From assembly GCA_002796125.1 (NCBI GenBank), contig PCWA01000109.1, forward strand, positions 1,347 to 65,346: DNA of 64,000 bases, written 5' to 3'. A program made the position numbers and the translations under genes. The stretch is from Candidatus Ghiorseimicrobium undicola. Its GTDB lineage: Bacteria > Omnitrophota > Gorgyraeia > Ghiorseimicrobiales > Ghiorseimicrobiaceae. Numbering within the stretch: the stretch's first letter is position 1; every line of letters begins with the position of its first letter. The notes below the pieces were generated by a model, which was not told the DNA's origin, did not search any database, and saw only the letters and a list, made by a program, of their open reading frames with translations. Below are positions 1 through 10,197 of this stretch, in pieces.

Positions 1-461
1 AACGTGGTAATCAGCACATTGGCATAAGTATTGCCCCTTATTGCTATCAGCTCTTCAGATAATGATAATTTTACCATCCACAGGCGCGCCGGAAGCAAAT
101 CGTTTAACTTCTCCAAAACACCGCTCCAGGCAACATTCGTTTTAAGCTCCTTATCCAAAAACTCTATGCGCGTTTCTGCTTCTTTAGATTTCTGCTGCCA
201 AGAGTTTATCTGAGCGGAAATATTATCGCCTACCCTTCTATTTTCACTTAATCTTTGTGAAAGAGAGCTTAATTCAGAACTGCTTTGTTTTACTCGGTAT
301 GAATAGTACCCTATAGTTATAAGCTGAAAAATTGTAATGGCTACAAACAGGCAAATGGCCACTACGAATGATAAAAACATTATGTAGTCAAACTGTGTCT
401 TAAAGCTAAAAGGCGACTGGCCGCTTGTTAAGTCATCGCTCATAAGATTAGTTCGATGCAT
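1..461 (-). CDS. pilN: Type IV pilus assembly protein PilN-like (partial, runs off window start)
   Basis: Not in the ORF track. ATG at 461 overlaps the pilM stop (TGATG). Translation MHRTNLMSDD..., then a hydrophobic TM segment, a coiled coil and WSGVLEKLNDLLPARLWMVKL...IAIRGNT, typical of PilN. Lies directly after pilM. Confidence 0.75.
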   Translation of the reverse strand, partial: MHRTNLMSDDLTSGQSPFSFKTQFDYIMFLSFVVAICLFVAITIFQLITIGYYSYRVKQSSSELSSLSQRLSENRRVGDNISAQINSWQQKSKEAETRIEFLDKELKTNVAWSGVLEKLNDLLPARLWMVKLSLSEELIAIRGNTYANVLITT

Positions 462-1729
462 CAAAAACCGTCCTTTCTTAACGCTAAACCTACGGCAAGC
501 GTAAAACGAGGAGCATTCCTTTTTATATAAACACTGTCAAACTTACCGCTGTCAATCAGGATTCTTTCAAAAGGGTTAGCCACTATCACGGGAATATTAA
601 AACGGCTGGATAGTATTTTATCCAGATCTTTAATCAGTGCCCCCCCGCCTGATAAAATCAATTTATCAAAACCGGTAATATTAAGCGTGCTTAATTGATG
701 CAGGTAAGATTTAAACGTATGCTCAATGATGTTGATTAATTTTTCTATTTTGAAACTCACGGCCTGATAGACGCACAGTTTTTCATTTAAAGCGCCTGTA
801 TCCTGATTTAATTTATCAAGCGCCTGCGAATCAAAAAACCCGCTCAAGCCGTATTCTATTTTTAAATTTTCCGCTTTTATTTTATCTACTCCGCAATAGC
901 TGGCAATTTCCTCGGTAAGTAAATCGGAGGCAATGGGAATATTGCGCGTAAAACGCAAAGACCCGTCAATGACAATGCTAAAATTTGTAAGCCTGGCGCC
1001 CAAATCCAATATGCCTAAAACTCTGCCTTCTTTACGTAATTTATCCGAACCAAAAGCTTCCACCACTGCCAGCGCAGGCGGCTCAAAAGCATGCGGATTA
1101 AGGCCGATATCTCTTATTGAATTAACCAGTTCGGCGACAACAGACTTTGGCACTGTTATAAGCAAAACTTCAAACTGCCGGGTCCCGAGTTTATCCGCTT
1201 CTCCCAAAACTATATAATCCATGGAAGTACTGTTGAGATCTATAGATAATTCATCCTGTGCCTCCCAGCGTAGTGCCTTGGCAATTTCTTCTTCAGGCAT
1301 AAAGGGAATCCGTATAGTCTGGATATTAACGGTATCTCCTCCGATGGAGGCAACGACATTTCCCTGGATCTTATGTTTCAAAATTAATTTTTTAAGAATT
1401 TCTTTCACCACCTCATAGCCCGGTTGTATCCCTTTAGGTAATTCTTCAATAAAAAAATCAGTCAATTCCAAGCCGGACTTGCCACGGTTTATTTGTATCA
1501 ATTTTATAGCACTGCTGCCGATATCCAGCCCGTAAATGTTTTTACTTAGTTGGGGAGGAGTAAAAATTGCCTTCAGCAGTGATTTAAAAAAATCCCGTGA
1601 AGAATTTTTTGAAGCCTGAAAACCTGATTTTTGATTTAAATTCTTTTTAAATTTTTTAAAAAAAGGGGATAATAAAGCTGATACTGTTGGGGAGGTTTTT
1701 ATTTGAGCTGATTTTATCTCTTCTTGCAC
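461..1729 (-). CDS. pilM: Type IV pilus assembly ATPase-like protein PilM
   Basis: GLDIGSSAIK, ILDLGARLT and ILSGGGALIKDL actin-like motifs; ends LAVGLALR. GTG start gives an ~60 aa N-terminal extension (start uncertain). Confidence 0.9.
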   Translation of the reverse strand: MQEEIKSAQIKTSPTVSALLSPFFKKFKKNLNQKSGFQASKNSSRDFFKSLLKAIFTPPQLSKNIYGLDIGSSAIKLIQINRGKSGLELTDFFIEELPKGIQPGYEVVKEILKKLILKHKIQGNVVASIGGDTVNIQTIRIPFMPEEEIAKALRWEAQDELSIDLNSTSMDYIVLGEADKLGTRQFEVLLITVPKSVVAELVNSIRDIGLNPHAFEPPALAVVEAFGSDKLRKEGRVLGILDLGARLTNFSIVIDGSLRFTRNIPIASDLLTEEIASYCGVDKIKAENLKIEYGLSGFFDSQALDKLNQDTGALNEKLCVYQAVSFKIEKLINIIEHTFKSYLHQLSTLNITGFDKLILSGGGALIKDLDKILSSRFNIPVIVANPFERILIDSGKFDSVYIKRNAPRFTLAVGLALRKDGF

Positions 1730-1794
1730 TTATCGCTTTTATTTTAGAGAGGTTAGCATCATTTTAAAAAATGCATAAGCTGATTATTAAATTG

Positions 1795-1823
1795 ATACTA
1801 ACATACCAGAAAAATATAGTCAA
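1795..1823 (-). promoter_or_regulatory. Putative sigma70 promoter for pilMN
   Basis: Minus strand TTGACT-N17-TAGTAT with TGn extended -10. Confidence 0.55.
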
Positions 1824-3073
1824 GTATTTTTTGATACCGTGCCGGATATTTTTTTGAATACCAGTTCCGGAAGATAAGCCTCAAGATTACATCCTGCTTC
1901 AACGTAATCAATATTTTCAATAGTCCCTTCTTTATAAACCATATCCAATATATTCATATGGTTTAACGGAATAAAAAATTTGTATTTTTTAAAAAGCTTG
2001 GGAAGGCAGGCCGTTATTAAAGACATAAGTTCATTTAAATTTTGTTTATTTTTTGCGGAAATTGCCACGCAATTTTTAAAATCTTGCTTTATGTGATTAA
2101 GCCAAATATAATCTTCCAGATTATCAATCTTATTTAAAACATTGATTACGGGTTTTTCAGCGGCTCCCAACTGCATGAGTACTTCATTCACCGAGCTAAT
2201 GCGCCCGGAAAAATTCTCCCGCGACACATCGATGACGTGTATAAGTAAATCTGACTCCGCAACCTCTTCCAGTGTTGCCTTAAAGGCCTCGATCAGGTGG
2301 TGCGGCAGGCGGTATAAAAAACCTACAGTATCAGACAAAACAACCCTTTGCCTGCCGGGTAAAATCAATAGCTTCGAAAGAGGGTCCAGCGTGGTAAACA
2401 GGCTGTTTTTAACAACCTGATGCGCAGAAGTAAGGGCATTTATTAGTGTTGATTTTCCCGCGTTCGTATATCCTACCAGCGATATCAACGGAATGCCGGC
2501 ATTAATTCTTTTTTTACGTATATTCTTTCTATGCTGGCTCAATAACTCAAAATCTTCCTTAAGCTTGGCGATTCTCCTGCGTATATTGCGCCTGTCTATT
2601 TCCAGCTTCTGCTCTCCGGGGCCCCTTGTACCTATGCCTCCGCCAAGGCGGGAAAGCATAACCCCCTTCCCGGAAAGCCGGGGGAGAATATATTCCAGTT
2701 GCGCAAGCTCCACCTGAACTTTGCCTTCCTGAGAATGAGCATTCCTGGCGAATATATCCAGTATTAACTGTGTTCTATCCAATACCCTCACGCTCAATAA
2801 ATCTTCCAGATTTCTATGTTGAGTAGGCGTCAATTCATTATTAAAAACAACGCATTCGATGCCGTACTTTTGGCATAACAAGCTGATCTCTCCCGCCTTG
2901 CCTTTTCCGATATAAAAATTAGGGGTGATATTCTTGCATGAACAGCTGATTTTATCCGCTACATGCAAACCTGCCGTAATTGCCAGCTCGGCCAATTCCT
3001 CTTGGCGCATGTTTAAAGAAAGCGTCTCTATTAAATGGCTAATATCAACCGTAATCAATAAAGCTCTTTGCAT
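1820..3073 (-). CDS. hflX: GTPase HflX
   Basis: GIGTRGPGEQKLEIDRR, GYTNAGKST, DTVGF and NKID motifs. Confidence 0.97.
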   Translation of the reverse strand: MQRALLITVDISHLIETLSLNMRQEELAELAITAGLHVADKISCSCKNITPNFYIGKGKAGEISLLCQKYGIECVVFNNELTPTQHRNLEDLLSVRVLDRTQLILDIFARNAHSQEGKVQVELAQLEYILPRLSGKGVMLSRLGGGIGTRGPGEQKLEIDRRNIRRRIAKLKEDFELLSQHRKNIRKKRINAGIPLISLVGYTNAGKSTLINALTSAHQVVKNSLFTTLDPLSKLLILPGRQRVVLSDTVGFLYRLPHHLIEAFKATLEEVAESDLLIHVIDVSRENFSGRISSVNEVLMQLGAAEKPVINVLNKIDNLEDYIWLNHIKQDFKNCVAISAKNKQNLNELMSLITACLPKLFKKYKFFIPLNHMNILDMVYKEGTIENIDYVEAGCNLEAYLPELVFKKISGTVSKNT

Positions 3074-3089
3074 AGCATTTACATTAAAA

Positions 3090-3893
3090 TTATACGATAG
3101 GAATAGTCATGCCGTCGTATGCGCATATTACGTTTACGCCCAGTTTATTCCTAAGCTCATCTTCCAATATATGCGGTTTAGCCTTAAGCATAGACATCCC
3201 AAAATGAGTAATAATTGCTTCTTTTGGCTTAGATATTTTAATAATATTTTCCGCATCAGCAAGGCTTAAATGGTCAACCCCGGGGTGCGGCTGATGAAAA
3301 ACCACATTTATGATTAAAATATCCGAGCCGTATGCATGGGATAATTCATCAAAATAACGCGTATCGCTTATCAACCCAACAGTCCTAGCACCAAGCTCAA
3401 ATTTTAAGCCATATGTTTCCACGCTATGGATATGACGCATAGCAGTGAAGAATTTTAGCTTACCTACAGTATAAGCAGCATTTTCCTTCAATATCTCCAC
3501 TCTCTCAATAGCGCCGCGTATATGAGAAGATATAATTGGTTCCGAATCAATGGCATCTGCGGGAAGAAACAATGAACCCCTTTTCCTAAATCCCCCTTCG
3601 GTCATGGCTTCCAGCATAACATTAACATCGTTAGAGTGATCAAGATGACGGTGCGTAATAATAACGCTATCCAGCTGTTCGGGATCAAGCTTAGGACGCG
3701 AGCTTAAACACCTTAGCAAACTCCCCGGCCCGGGGTCTAAGAGAACATTTACGCCTTCATAATTTATCCAGATGCCTCCGGAAGCCCTTAACTGTTTCAG
3801 CATCACAAAACGCGCACCAGCCGTTCCAAGAAACTTAAGAAAACCGCCGGAGCCCTGCTGTATTTTACGCTGCTTTTTAAATTTTTCAGGCAT
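3090..3893 (-). CDS. MBL-fold metallo-hydrolase
   Basis: FLGTAG start, LDPGPG, THRHLDH (HxHxDH), later H/D/H ligands. Confidence 0.85.
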   Translation of the reverse strand: MPEKFKKQRKIQQGSGGFLKFLGTAGARFVMLKQLRASGGIWINYEGVNVLLDPGPGSLLRCLSSRPKLDPEQLDSVIITHRHLDHSNDVNVMLEAMTEGGFRKRGSLFLPADAIDSEPIISSHIRGAIERVEILKENAAYTVGKLKFFTAMRHIHSVETYGLKFELGARTVGLISDTRYFDELSHAYGSDILIINVVFHQPHPGVDHLSLADAENIIKISKPKEAIITHFGMSMLKAKPHILEDELRNKLGVNVICAYDGMTIPIV

Positions 3894-3898
3894 CTGTT

Positions 3899-4041
3899 TA
3901 GTGCGCTGTTAATTTAATTTTTAATAGGACAGCGCACAGAGCAATTGAGCAATAGATAATAGAACAATAGACAAGCAAAAGCTCAATTGCGGTCTATTTT
4001 CTATTGCTCTATTGTTCAAGAATTAGTTTAACAATGTATTA
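3899..4041. mobile_element. 143-bp MITE-like element, copy 1 (right TIR degenerate)
   Basis: Near-identical inverted copy at 17479-17621; ends TAGTGCGCTGTTAATTTAATT ... AATTAGTTTAACAATGTATTA; TA at both ends. Confidence 0.8.
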
Positions 4042-4059
4042 GCATGATTTTTAAGTAAG

Positions 4060-4551
4060 TTATTCTTCTTTCAGCCAAAACCTGCTCAATTCTTCGGTGA
4101 TCTTGCGCTCCAAAGAAGGCAAAAGCTTAATATTATCGCTTTTATGATCCAGTTTTTTCTCTTTTTTCCGCAGAAACTCATCAACGCCGACCCATAACGC
4201 ACCCTGCGCGCGCACCCGATAACCCAATTGCCTGTCATCCGTAATAACTACGGCATTTTTTGGATTAGGCATTCTATCCACCATCTCAACAATTACCCCA
4301 TCGGCGTCCTTAGACCTGGAAAAAATAATCTTAATATTGCCGTATTTCTTTTTATCTTCATTTAAAACATAATTACCGGGATTATGAAGGGCATCAAAAA
4401 CTACGGTTATGTTATTACGGAGGCTTTGGGAGATTTTATTGGTTTGTAAAAACCTGAGGAAGAGATCCCTTGCTTCTTCCAGGTTTTTATCTTTCCAGGC
4501 CTGAGATTTTTTTACCACGTTGTAACCATCGATTATGTAGTGCAACGACAT
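4060..4551 (-). CDS. NYN-domain (YacP/Rae1-like) ribonuclease
   Basis: IIDGYN, VVFD, DADGVI and VITDDRQL PIN/NYN acidic motifs. Confidence 0.85.
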   Translation of the reverse strand: MSLHYIIDGYNVVKKSQAWKDKNLEEARDLFLRFLQTNKISQSLRNNITVVFDALHNPGNYVLNEDKKKYGNIKIIFSRSKDADGVIVEMVDRMPNPKNAVVITDDRQLGYRVRAQGALWVGVDEFLRKKEKKLDHKSDNIKLLPSLERKITEELSRFWLKEE

Positions 4552-5458
4552 AAATTATCCCGCATAAAATACTGGCTATGGCCATAAAAGAAAAGTTTAG
4601 CAATGAGGCGGCTACGGCAATATCTTTGGTTATGCCGACCTTAGCAAAAAAGAAAGCGCTACCCATATCTCTTATTCCCAGGCCTCCGATAGAAAGAGGT
4701 ATCATAGCGGCTACATTAATCAACGGAACCGCGATAAAGAAGAAAATAAGATTCAGCTTATATCCCAAAGAAAGAAATATTAAATAATAGCTGAAGACTA
4801 TGGCAATCTGCGCCAGAAGCGAAATCAGCAAAGAATCCAATAAAACCTTTTTCTTTTTGCGGAAAAAGAAAATTTCCGCATGCAGGCTCTCCGCCTTTAT
4901 CCTGAATGAATTAACAGGAATTAACATCTTCAATTTAGAAAAAAGATTTTTAGTAAAAAATATCCAAACCATAATCAGTACTATTGAAAATAAAATCAAT
5001 ACCGGATTTAATATCCCTTGTTCTTTAATATAGGTGTGGCCTAAACCGATAGATATTAGAACTATCAGGCTTAAAGCTACAAATCCGGATAATCTATCCA
5101 GCAGTACGGTCGCGGCTATTTCTCGCGTACGCTTTGCATGATTTGTTAAATCAGCGATGCGTACAAAATCCCCCCCTATCGTTGAGGGCAAAAAAAGATT
5201 AAAAAATATTCCGCCGGCGTAAGAAACTACTAGGCGCCCAAAAGGCGCGTTGACACCAGCGCTTTTCAATAAAAGGCACCAGCGGAAAAAACAAAGAATA
5301 TAAATTAATAAAAAAAGCAAACCGGTTAAACATAATAATTCCCATCTGGCTGTATGAGTAACGCCGATAATCTTTTTAATACCTATCCATTTAAACAAAA
5401 AAAACAGCATAACTATGCTTATGCTGGCCCTTAAGACAATAGAAAATATTACTTTCAC
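4487..5458 (-). CDS. Lysylphosphatidylglycerol-synthase TM / flippase-like membrane protein (UPF0104)
   Basis: Multi-TM; RW, FFNLFLPSTIGGD, DRLSG and PLSIGGLGIRD motifs. Confidence 0.85.
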   Translation of the reverse strand: MKVIFSIVLRASISIVMLFFLFKWIGIKKIIGVTHTARWELLCLTGLLFLLIYILCFFRWCLLLKSAGVNAPFGRLVVSYAGGIFFNLFLPSTIGGDFVRIADLTNHAKRTREIAATVLLDRLSGFVALSLIVLISIGLGHTYIKEQGILNPVLILFSIVLIMVWIFFTKNLFSKLKMLIPVNSFRIKAESLHAEIFFFRKKKKVLLDSLLISLLAQIAIVFSYYLIFLSLGYKLNLIFFFIAVPLINVAAMIPLSIGGLGIRDMGSAFFFAKVGITKDIAVAASLLNFSFMAIASILCGIIYVVALHNRWLQRGKKISGLER

Positions 5459-5463
5459 TTATA

Positions 5464-7260
5464 TCATCCTTTGTAATTCTTTATACGGGAATATAATGCC
5501 TTATATTCCTGCCAAAGTTCACGCGGCAGGCTATTTTTAAACTTCTTAAAGAAAGTCTTTATGCTTTCCAATTCTACCATCCAGTCCTTTTTATGTATTT
5601 CAAAAAGCTTCTGCAGTGAATTTTTACTAAGTTTTAGCCCGGTTATATCTATATCAGATATTTTTGGTATATATCCTACGGGGGTTTGAACTGCGCTAAT
5701 CTTATTGTTGCACCTGTCAAGTATCCATTCCAGAACTCTTAAGTTTTCTCCAAAGCCGGGCCAGAGAAACTTACCGTTTTCATCTATTCTAAACCAATTA
5801 ACATGAAAAATTTTCGGAGCTTTGGGCATATTTTTACCCATCTTCAACCAATGTTTAAAGTATTCTGCCATATTATATCCGCAAAACGGAAACATTGCCA
5901 TGGGGTCGCGGCGGACCTCTCCTAATTTCCCTACTTGCGCTGCCGTACGCTCAGAAGCCATAGTAGCCCCTAAAAACACTCCATGCTGCCAATTAAACGA
6001 TTCATAAACCAAAGGCGCTAAATGCTGCCGTCGTCCGCCAAAAACAATAGCGGATATAGGCACGCCGTGGTGCTGTTCTAATCGAAATGATACGCTGGGA
6101 CAATTCTCTATGGGGGTAGTAAAACGGCTATTTGGATGCGCGCCTAGAATAGGCCTGCCGGAGGCATCAAACATCCCCGGTCTCCATGGCCTCCCCTGCC
6201 AATCAATACCTTCGGCAGGTATTTCTCCGTCAGCTCCTTCCCACCATACCGTGCCATCAGGCTTTAAAAGTACGTTGGTAAAGATAGTATCTTTTTTTAT
6301 TGTTTCGACCATATTCGGGTTAGTCCGGCTGTTGGTGCCCGGGGCTACGCCAAAAAATCCCGACTCCGGATTAATCGCCCAAAGCGCGCCGTCAGAATCA
6401 ATGCGCATCCATGCAATATCATCTCCCACTGTCCATATACGATAACCCTTTCGCCTCAGGCCCTGAGGAGGAATTAACATGGCAAGATTTGTTTTACCGC
6501 AGGCACTGGGAAAAGCCGCGGCAATATATTCTATGTGGCCGTTAGGCTCTTCTATGCCCATAATTAACATATGCTCTGCCAACCACATTTCCCGGCGGGC
6601 GATGACACTTGCGATTCTCAAAGAAAGGCACTTTTTACCCAGAAGAACGTTACCGCCATAGCCGGAACCAACGCTCCATATAGTGTTATCTTCCGGAAAA
6701 TGCAATATCATACGTTTATTAATATCCAAATCTGCCTTAGAATGCAGGCATTTAGTAAAATCATCCTTATCTTCCAGGTGCCGTAAGACAGCTTCCCCTA
6801 CCCGCGTCATAATTAACATGTTCAATACAACATAACGCGAATCAGTAAGCTCTACGCCTATTTTACTGAATTCCGAACCAACCGGCCCCATCGAAAAAGG
6901 AATAACGTACATGGTCCGCCAACGCATGGAGCCCTTAAAAATAGCCTCCGCTTTTTTGTAAGCCAATTTCGGAGGCATCCAGTTACTTGTCGGCCCTGCC
7001 GTACGCTTTCTTTTTGTACATATAAAAGTGAGGTGTTCCGTACGCGCCACATCATCTATTGATGTACGATGCAAAAAACATCCAGGGAGCTTCTTTTGAT
7101 TTAAACGGATAAGCTCTCCGCTTAACACCGATTCTTCCTGAAGCCTAAGTTTTTGCTCTTCTGAACCGTCAATCCAAACAATATCCTGCGGCTCGCATAA
7201 TCGCGTCATTTTATCAACCCAATTGATTAATTTTTTATTGTGTGTAGGATATTTCTTCAT
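5464..7260 (-). CDS. pckG: Phosphoenolpyruvate carboxykinase (GTP)
   Basis: GSGYGGNVLLGKKC, FPSACGKTNLAM, VGDDIAW, HPNSRF. Confidence 0.97.
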   Translation of the reverse strand: MKKYPTHNKKLINWVDKMTRLCEPQDIVWIDGSEEQKLRLQEESVLSGELIRLNQKKLPGCFLHRTSIDDVARTEHLTFICTKRKRTAGPTSNWMPPKLAYKKAEAIFKGSMRWRTMYVIPFSMGPVGSEFSKIGVELTDSRYVVLNMLIMTRVGEAVLRHLEDKDDFTKCLHSKADLDINKRMILHFPEDNTIWSVGSGYGGNVLLGKKCLSLRIASVIARREMWLAEHMLIMGIEEPNGHIEYIAAAFPSACGKTNLAMLIPPQGLRRKGYRIWTVGDDIAWMRIDSDGALWAINPESGFFGVAPGTNSRTNPNMVETIKKDTIFTNVLLKPDGTVWWEGADGEIPAEGIDWQGRPWRPGMFDASGRPILGAHPNSRFTTPIENCPSVSFRLEQHHGVPISAIVFGGRRQHLAPLVYESFNWQHGVFLGATMASERTAAQVGKLGEVRRDPMAMFPFCGYNMAEYFKHWLKMGKNMPKAPKIFHVNWFRIDENGKFLWPGFGENLRVLEWILDRCNNKISAVQTPVGYIPKISDIDITGLKLSKNSLQKLFEIHKKDWMVELESIKTFFKKFKNSLPRELWQEYKALYSRIKNYKG

Positions 7261-7261
7261 G

Positions 7262-8176
7262 TTAATTTAGGCTCTCCAGATACCGCTGGATGCAGAAAGC
7301 AGCAGTCGCCCCATCAGAACAAGCAGTAACTACTTGCCTTAATATCTTCTGGCGGCAGTCGCCGGCGGCAAATATACCTTTTTTGTTTGTCTGCATACAT
7401 TCATCGGTCAAAATATGGCCGTGTTCATCTAATTTTACTAAATCAGCCAGGAAACCGGTTGCCGGAGCCCTCCCCACATATATAAAAACCCCGCTGCAGC
7501 GTATATTTTCTTCTTTTTTTGTCTTAACATTCTTCAAGACCATCCCATCTACTTTATCTTTGCCTGATATTTTCACGACTACAGAATCCCAGACAGGCGT
7601 AATTTTATCATTACCAAGCACCCTCTCCCTCAGTATTTCCGCAGCTCTTAAAGTATCTCTTCGATGAACAAGAAAAACTTTCTCGCAGAATTTAGCCAGA
7701 TACAAGGCCTCTTCTACGGCGGTATCACCGCCGCCAATAACCGCTACCTGCTTGCCGCGGAATAAAGGCGCATCACAAGTGGCGCAATAGGAAACCCCTT
7801 TACCAATCAATAAATCTTCCCCCTCAACACCCAGGCGCTTAGGGTCAGAGCCCACCGAAATAATAATTGATTTAGATATACGCTCCGCTATATCTGTCTT
7901 TACGATCCAGCCGGATTCATCTTTCTTTATACCGCTTACTTCTTCTTGTAAAATCTCAACGCCCAGGCCCTTAACCTGTTTTTCCATATCAAGCATCAGG
8001 TCCCTGGCCAAAGGCGGCTCTTTAAAACCAGGGTAATTTTCTATGTATTCCGTAAGTAAAATCTGTCCGCCGCATGAAATTTTTTCCAAAATAAGAGTCT
8101 TTAATTTGCTTCTGCCGGCATATAACCCCGCTGTTAATCCAGCAGGGCCTGCCCCGATTATTACTACATCATACAT
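7262..8176 (-). CDS. trxB: Thioredoxin-disulfide reductase
   Basis: GAGPAG, CATCD, GGGDTAVEEA, HRRD. Confidence 0.96.
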   Translation of the reverse strand: MYDVVIIGAGPAGLTAGLYAGRSKLKTLILEKISCGGQILLTEYIENYPGFKEPPLARDLMLDMEKQVKGLGVEILQEEVSGIKKDESGWIVKTDIAERISKSIIISVGSDPKRLGVEGEDLLIGKGVSYCATCDAPLFRGKQVAVIGGGDTAVEEALYLAKFCEKVFLVHRRDTLRAAEILRERVLGNDKITPVWDSVVVKISGKDKVDGMVLKNVKTKKEENIRCSGVFIYVGRAPATGFLADLVKLDEHGHILTDECMQTNKKGIFAAGDCRQKILRQVVTACSDGATAAFCIQRYLESLN

Positions 8177-9051
8177 TATTTAAATCCTTTCAAGCGGCGA
8201 TAGGTTTCCTCCGCTTTATACGAGCTTCTTACCAAAGGCCCTGATAAAACAGCCTTGAAACCCAAATCCAATGCAATATTTCTATATTCTATAAATTCTT
8301 CTCTGTCAAGAAATCTTTTTACGGGAAAATGCCGCTTTGATGGAGAAAGATATTGCCCCAGTGTAATTATATCGCAGTCAACGCTTTTTAAATCTCTTAA
8401 AACTTTTATAACCTCATCTTTTTTTTCCCCCAGGCCCAGCATTATACCCGACTTAACCGGCATCGCGGGATCCAGAGCCTTGATACTGCGCAAAACAGCC
8501 AACGATCTGTCATAAAAAGAGCTGTCGCGCCTAAGCTCGGGATAAAGGCGCTTAACCATTTCAAGATTATGCGCAAGGCAGTCCGGTTTTTCATATACGA
8601 TTTTATGCAAAGCATCGAAAGATCCTGAAAAATCAGGAATAAGCAGTTCTATTTTTGTATCCTTGCCCAGAGAGCGTATAGATCTTAATACTTTTATAAA
8701 CTGGCTGCATCCGTAATCTAGTAAATCATCACGCGTTACGGAAGTAATTACCGCATAAGCAAGCCCCATGCTTTCTATCGCAAGCGCTATATTCAAAGCT
8801 TCATTATCATCAAGCTCATCCGGAGCGCCTTTATCCACCGCGCAAAAAAGGCATTTACGCGTACAGATATCTCCCAGGATCAAAAAGGTAGCGGTATTAT
8901 CCTTTAGGCAGCGGCTTAAATTCGGGCAACGCGCGCTCGAACAAACCGTATTTATATTGTATTTGGAAAATAAGGTTTTCCTTTTTTCCAGTAAAATACT
9001 ATCCGGTATTTGCTGAAAAAATTGAACAGGAAGATCAAAGGGCAAAATCAC
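8176..9051 (-). CDS. lipA: Lipoyl synthase
   Basis: CX4CX5C (CSSARCPNLSRC), CX3CX2C (CTRKCLFC), RSSY. Confidence 0.93.
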   Translation of the reverse strand: MILPFDLPVQFFQQIPDSILLEKRKTLFSKYNINTVCSSARCPNLSRCLKDNTATFLILGDICTRKCLFCAVDKGAPDELDDNEALNIALAIESMGLAYAVITSVTRDDLLDYGCSQFIKVLRSIRSLGKDTKIELLIPDFSGSFDALHKIVYEKPDCLAHNLEMVKRLYPELRRDSSFYDRSLAVLRSIKALDPAMPVKSGIMLGLGEKKDEVIKVLRDLKSVDCDIITLGQYLSPSKRHFPVKRFLDREEFIEYRNIALDLGFKAVLSGPLVRSSYKAEETYRRLKGFK

Positions 9052-9063
9052 TCCTTAATATTG

Positions 9064-9264
9064 TTACTTTTGATTTATCTTTATGAAATTTTCTACGGAC
9101 CTATCGTAGGCGCGTTCTGCCTGGGGGTTAAAAAAACAAGCGGGAAGCTGCCGGTTTTTTCTGTGATACAATATACATTCACAACAGACACCTTTCCTGC
9201 CGCAGGAACTATAAGTACAATTACAGTTTTTTAAATTAATTTCTTTATTTACGCAATTAGACAT
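9064..9264 (-). CDS. Small Cys-rich protein (DUF6485-like)
   Basis: CNCTY..C.RKG.CCEC..YH.....LPACFF pattern. Confidence 0.7.
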   Translation of the reverse strand: MSNCVNKEINLKNCNCTYSSCGRKGVCCECILYHRKNRQLPACFFNPQAERAYDRSVENFIKINQK

Positions 9265-9309
9265 TTTTCACTGTGAGCTGCCCCGCTTGCCGCGGTGAAA
9301 TACCCGCCG

Positions 9310-9816
9310 CTAATTAAGGCGAAGCGCCTTCTTCCTAGCCTTTGAAAAATCGGCCTTTAGAAGAAGCTTCCTATGCCATGGAGCATAATCAATAATTAAC
9401 TTTCCGTTTAAATGGTCCACCTCATGCTGAAAAACCCTAGCAAGCAAATCATGGGCATCGAATTTTACTGATTGGTTATGTTCATTGATCCCGGCTACTA
9501 CGATATCTTTTGCCCGGCACACTTTCACAACAATATCAGGGAGGCTAAGGCAACCCTCCTCCTGGCTGACTCTGCCTGCTTTCTTTATGATTTTAGGATT
9601 GGCAATTTTAATTATACCCGTGCCTATATCAATAACCAGCATCTGCTTATTGACGCCTACCTGATTGGCAGCCAGGCCTACGCCGTTGGCTTTATGCATA
9701 ATTTCAACCATAGAAGAAAAAAAAGCGCGTTCTTCTTCCCCGATAAACTGCAAACACTCTGTTTTCTTCTTTAATACAGGGGAGGCGTAGGTATATATCT
9801 TTAATTCTTTGCTCAT
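9310..9816 (-). CDS. def: Peptide deformylase
   Basis: GVGLAANQ, EGCLS, QHEVDHL. Confidence 0.96.
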   Translation of the reverse strand: MSKELKIYTYASPVLKKKTECLQFIGEEERAFFSSMVEIMHKANGVGLAANQVGVNKQMLVIDIGTGIIKIANPKIIKKAGRVSQEEGCLSLPDIVVKVCRAKDIVVAGINEHNQSVKFDAHDLLARVFQHEVDHLNGKLIIDYAPWHRKLLLKADFSKARKKALRLN

Positions 9817-10169
9817 TTTATCTTTTCTATTTTATTACTTTTATTTAAATAAACTATTTTCGGCTTTAATGCTTTGGCATCAGATTCGCTTACATTAACA
9901 TAGCCTAAGATTATCACTTCATCGCCCACGCAGGCAAAACGCGCGGCTGGGCCATTCAGACAGATTATACCGCTATTTTCTTTACCGACTATAGCATAAG
10001 TTTCTATGCGCTGTCCATTATTCAAATTAAGAACCTCTACCTTTTCATGCGGATAAATATCTGCCGCTTTTAATATAACGTTATCTATGGTAATGCTGCC
10101 CTCATACTGAAGCTCCGCCTGCGTAACCTGCGCTTTATGAATTTTTGATTTTAACATCGTTCTAAACAT
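9813..10169 (-). CDS. panD: Aspartate 1-decarboxylase
   Basis: LKSKIH, YEGSITID self-cleavage site, LNGPAAR. Confidence 0.96.
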   Translation of the reverse strand: MFRTMLKSKIHKAQVTQAELQYEGSITIDNVILKAADIYPHEKVEVLNLNNGQRIETYAIVGKENSGIICLNGPAARFACVGDEVIILGYVNVSESDAKALKPKIVYLNKSNKIEKIK

Positions 10170-10197
10170 ATTTTACCCCTTGTAAAAATTCCCGCTT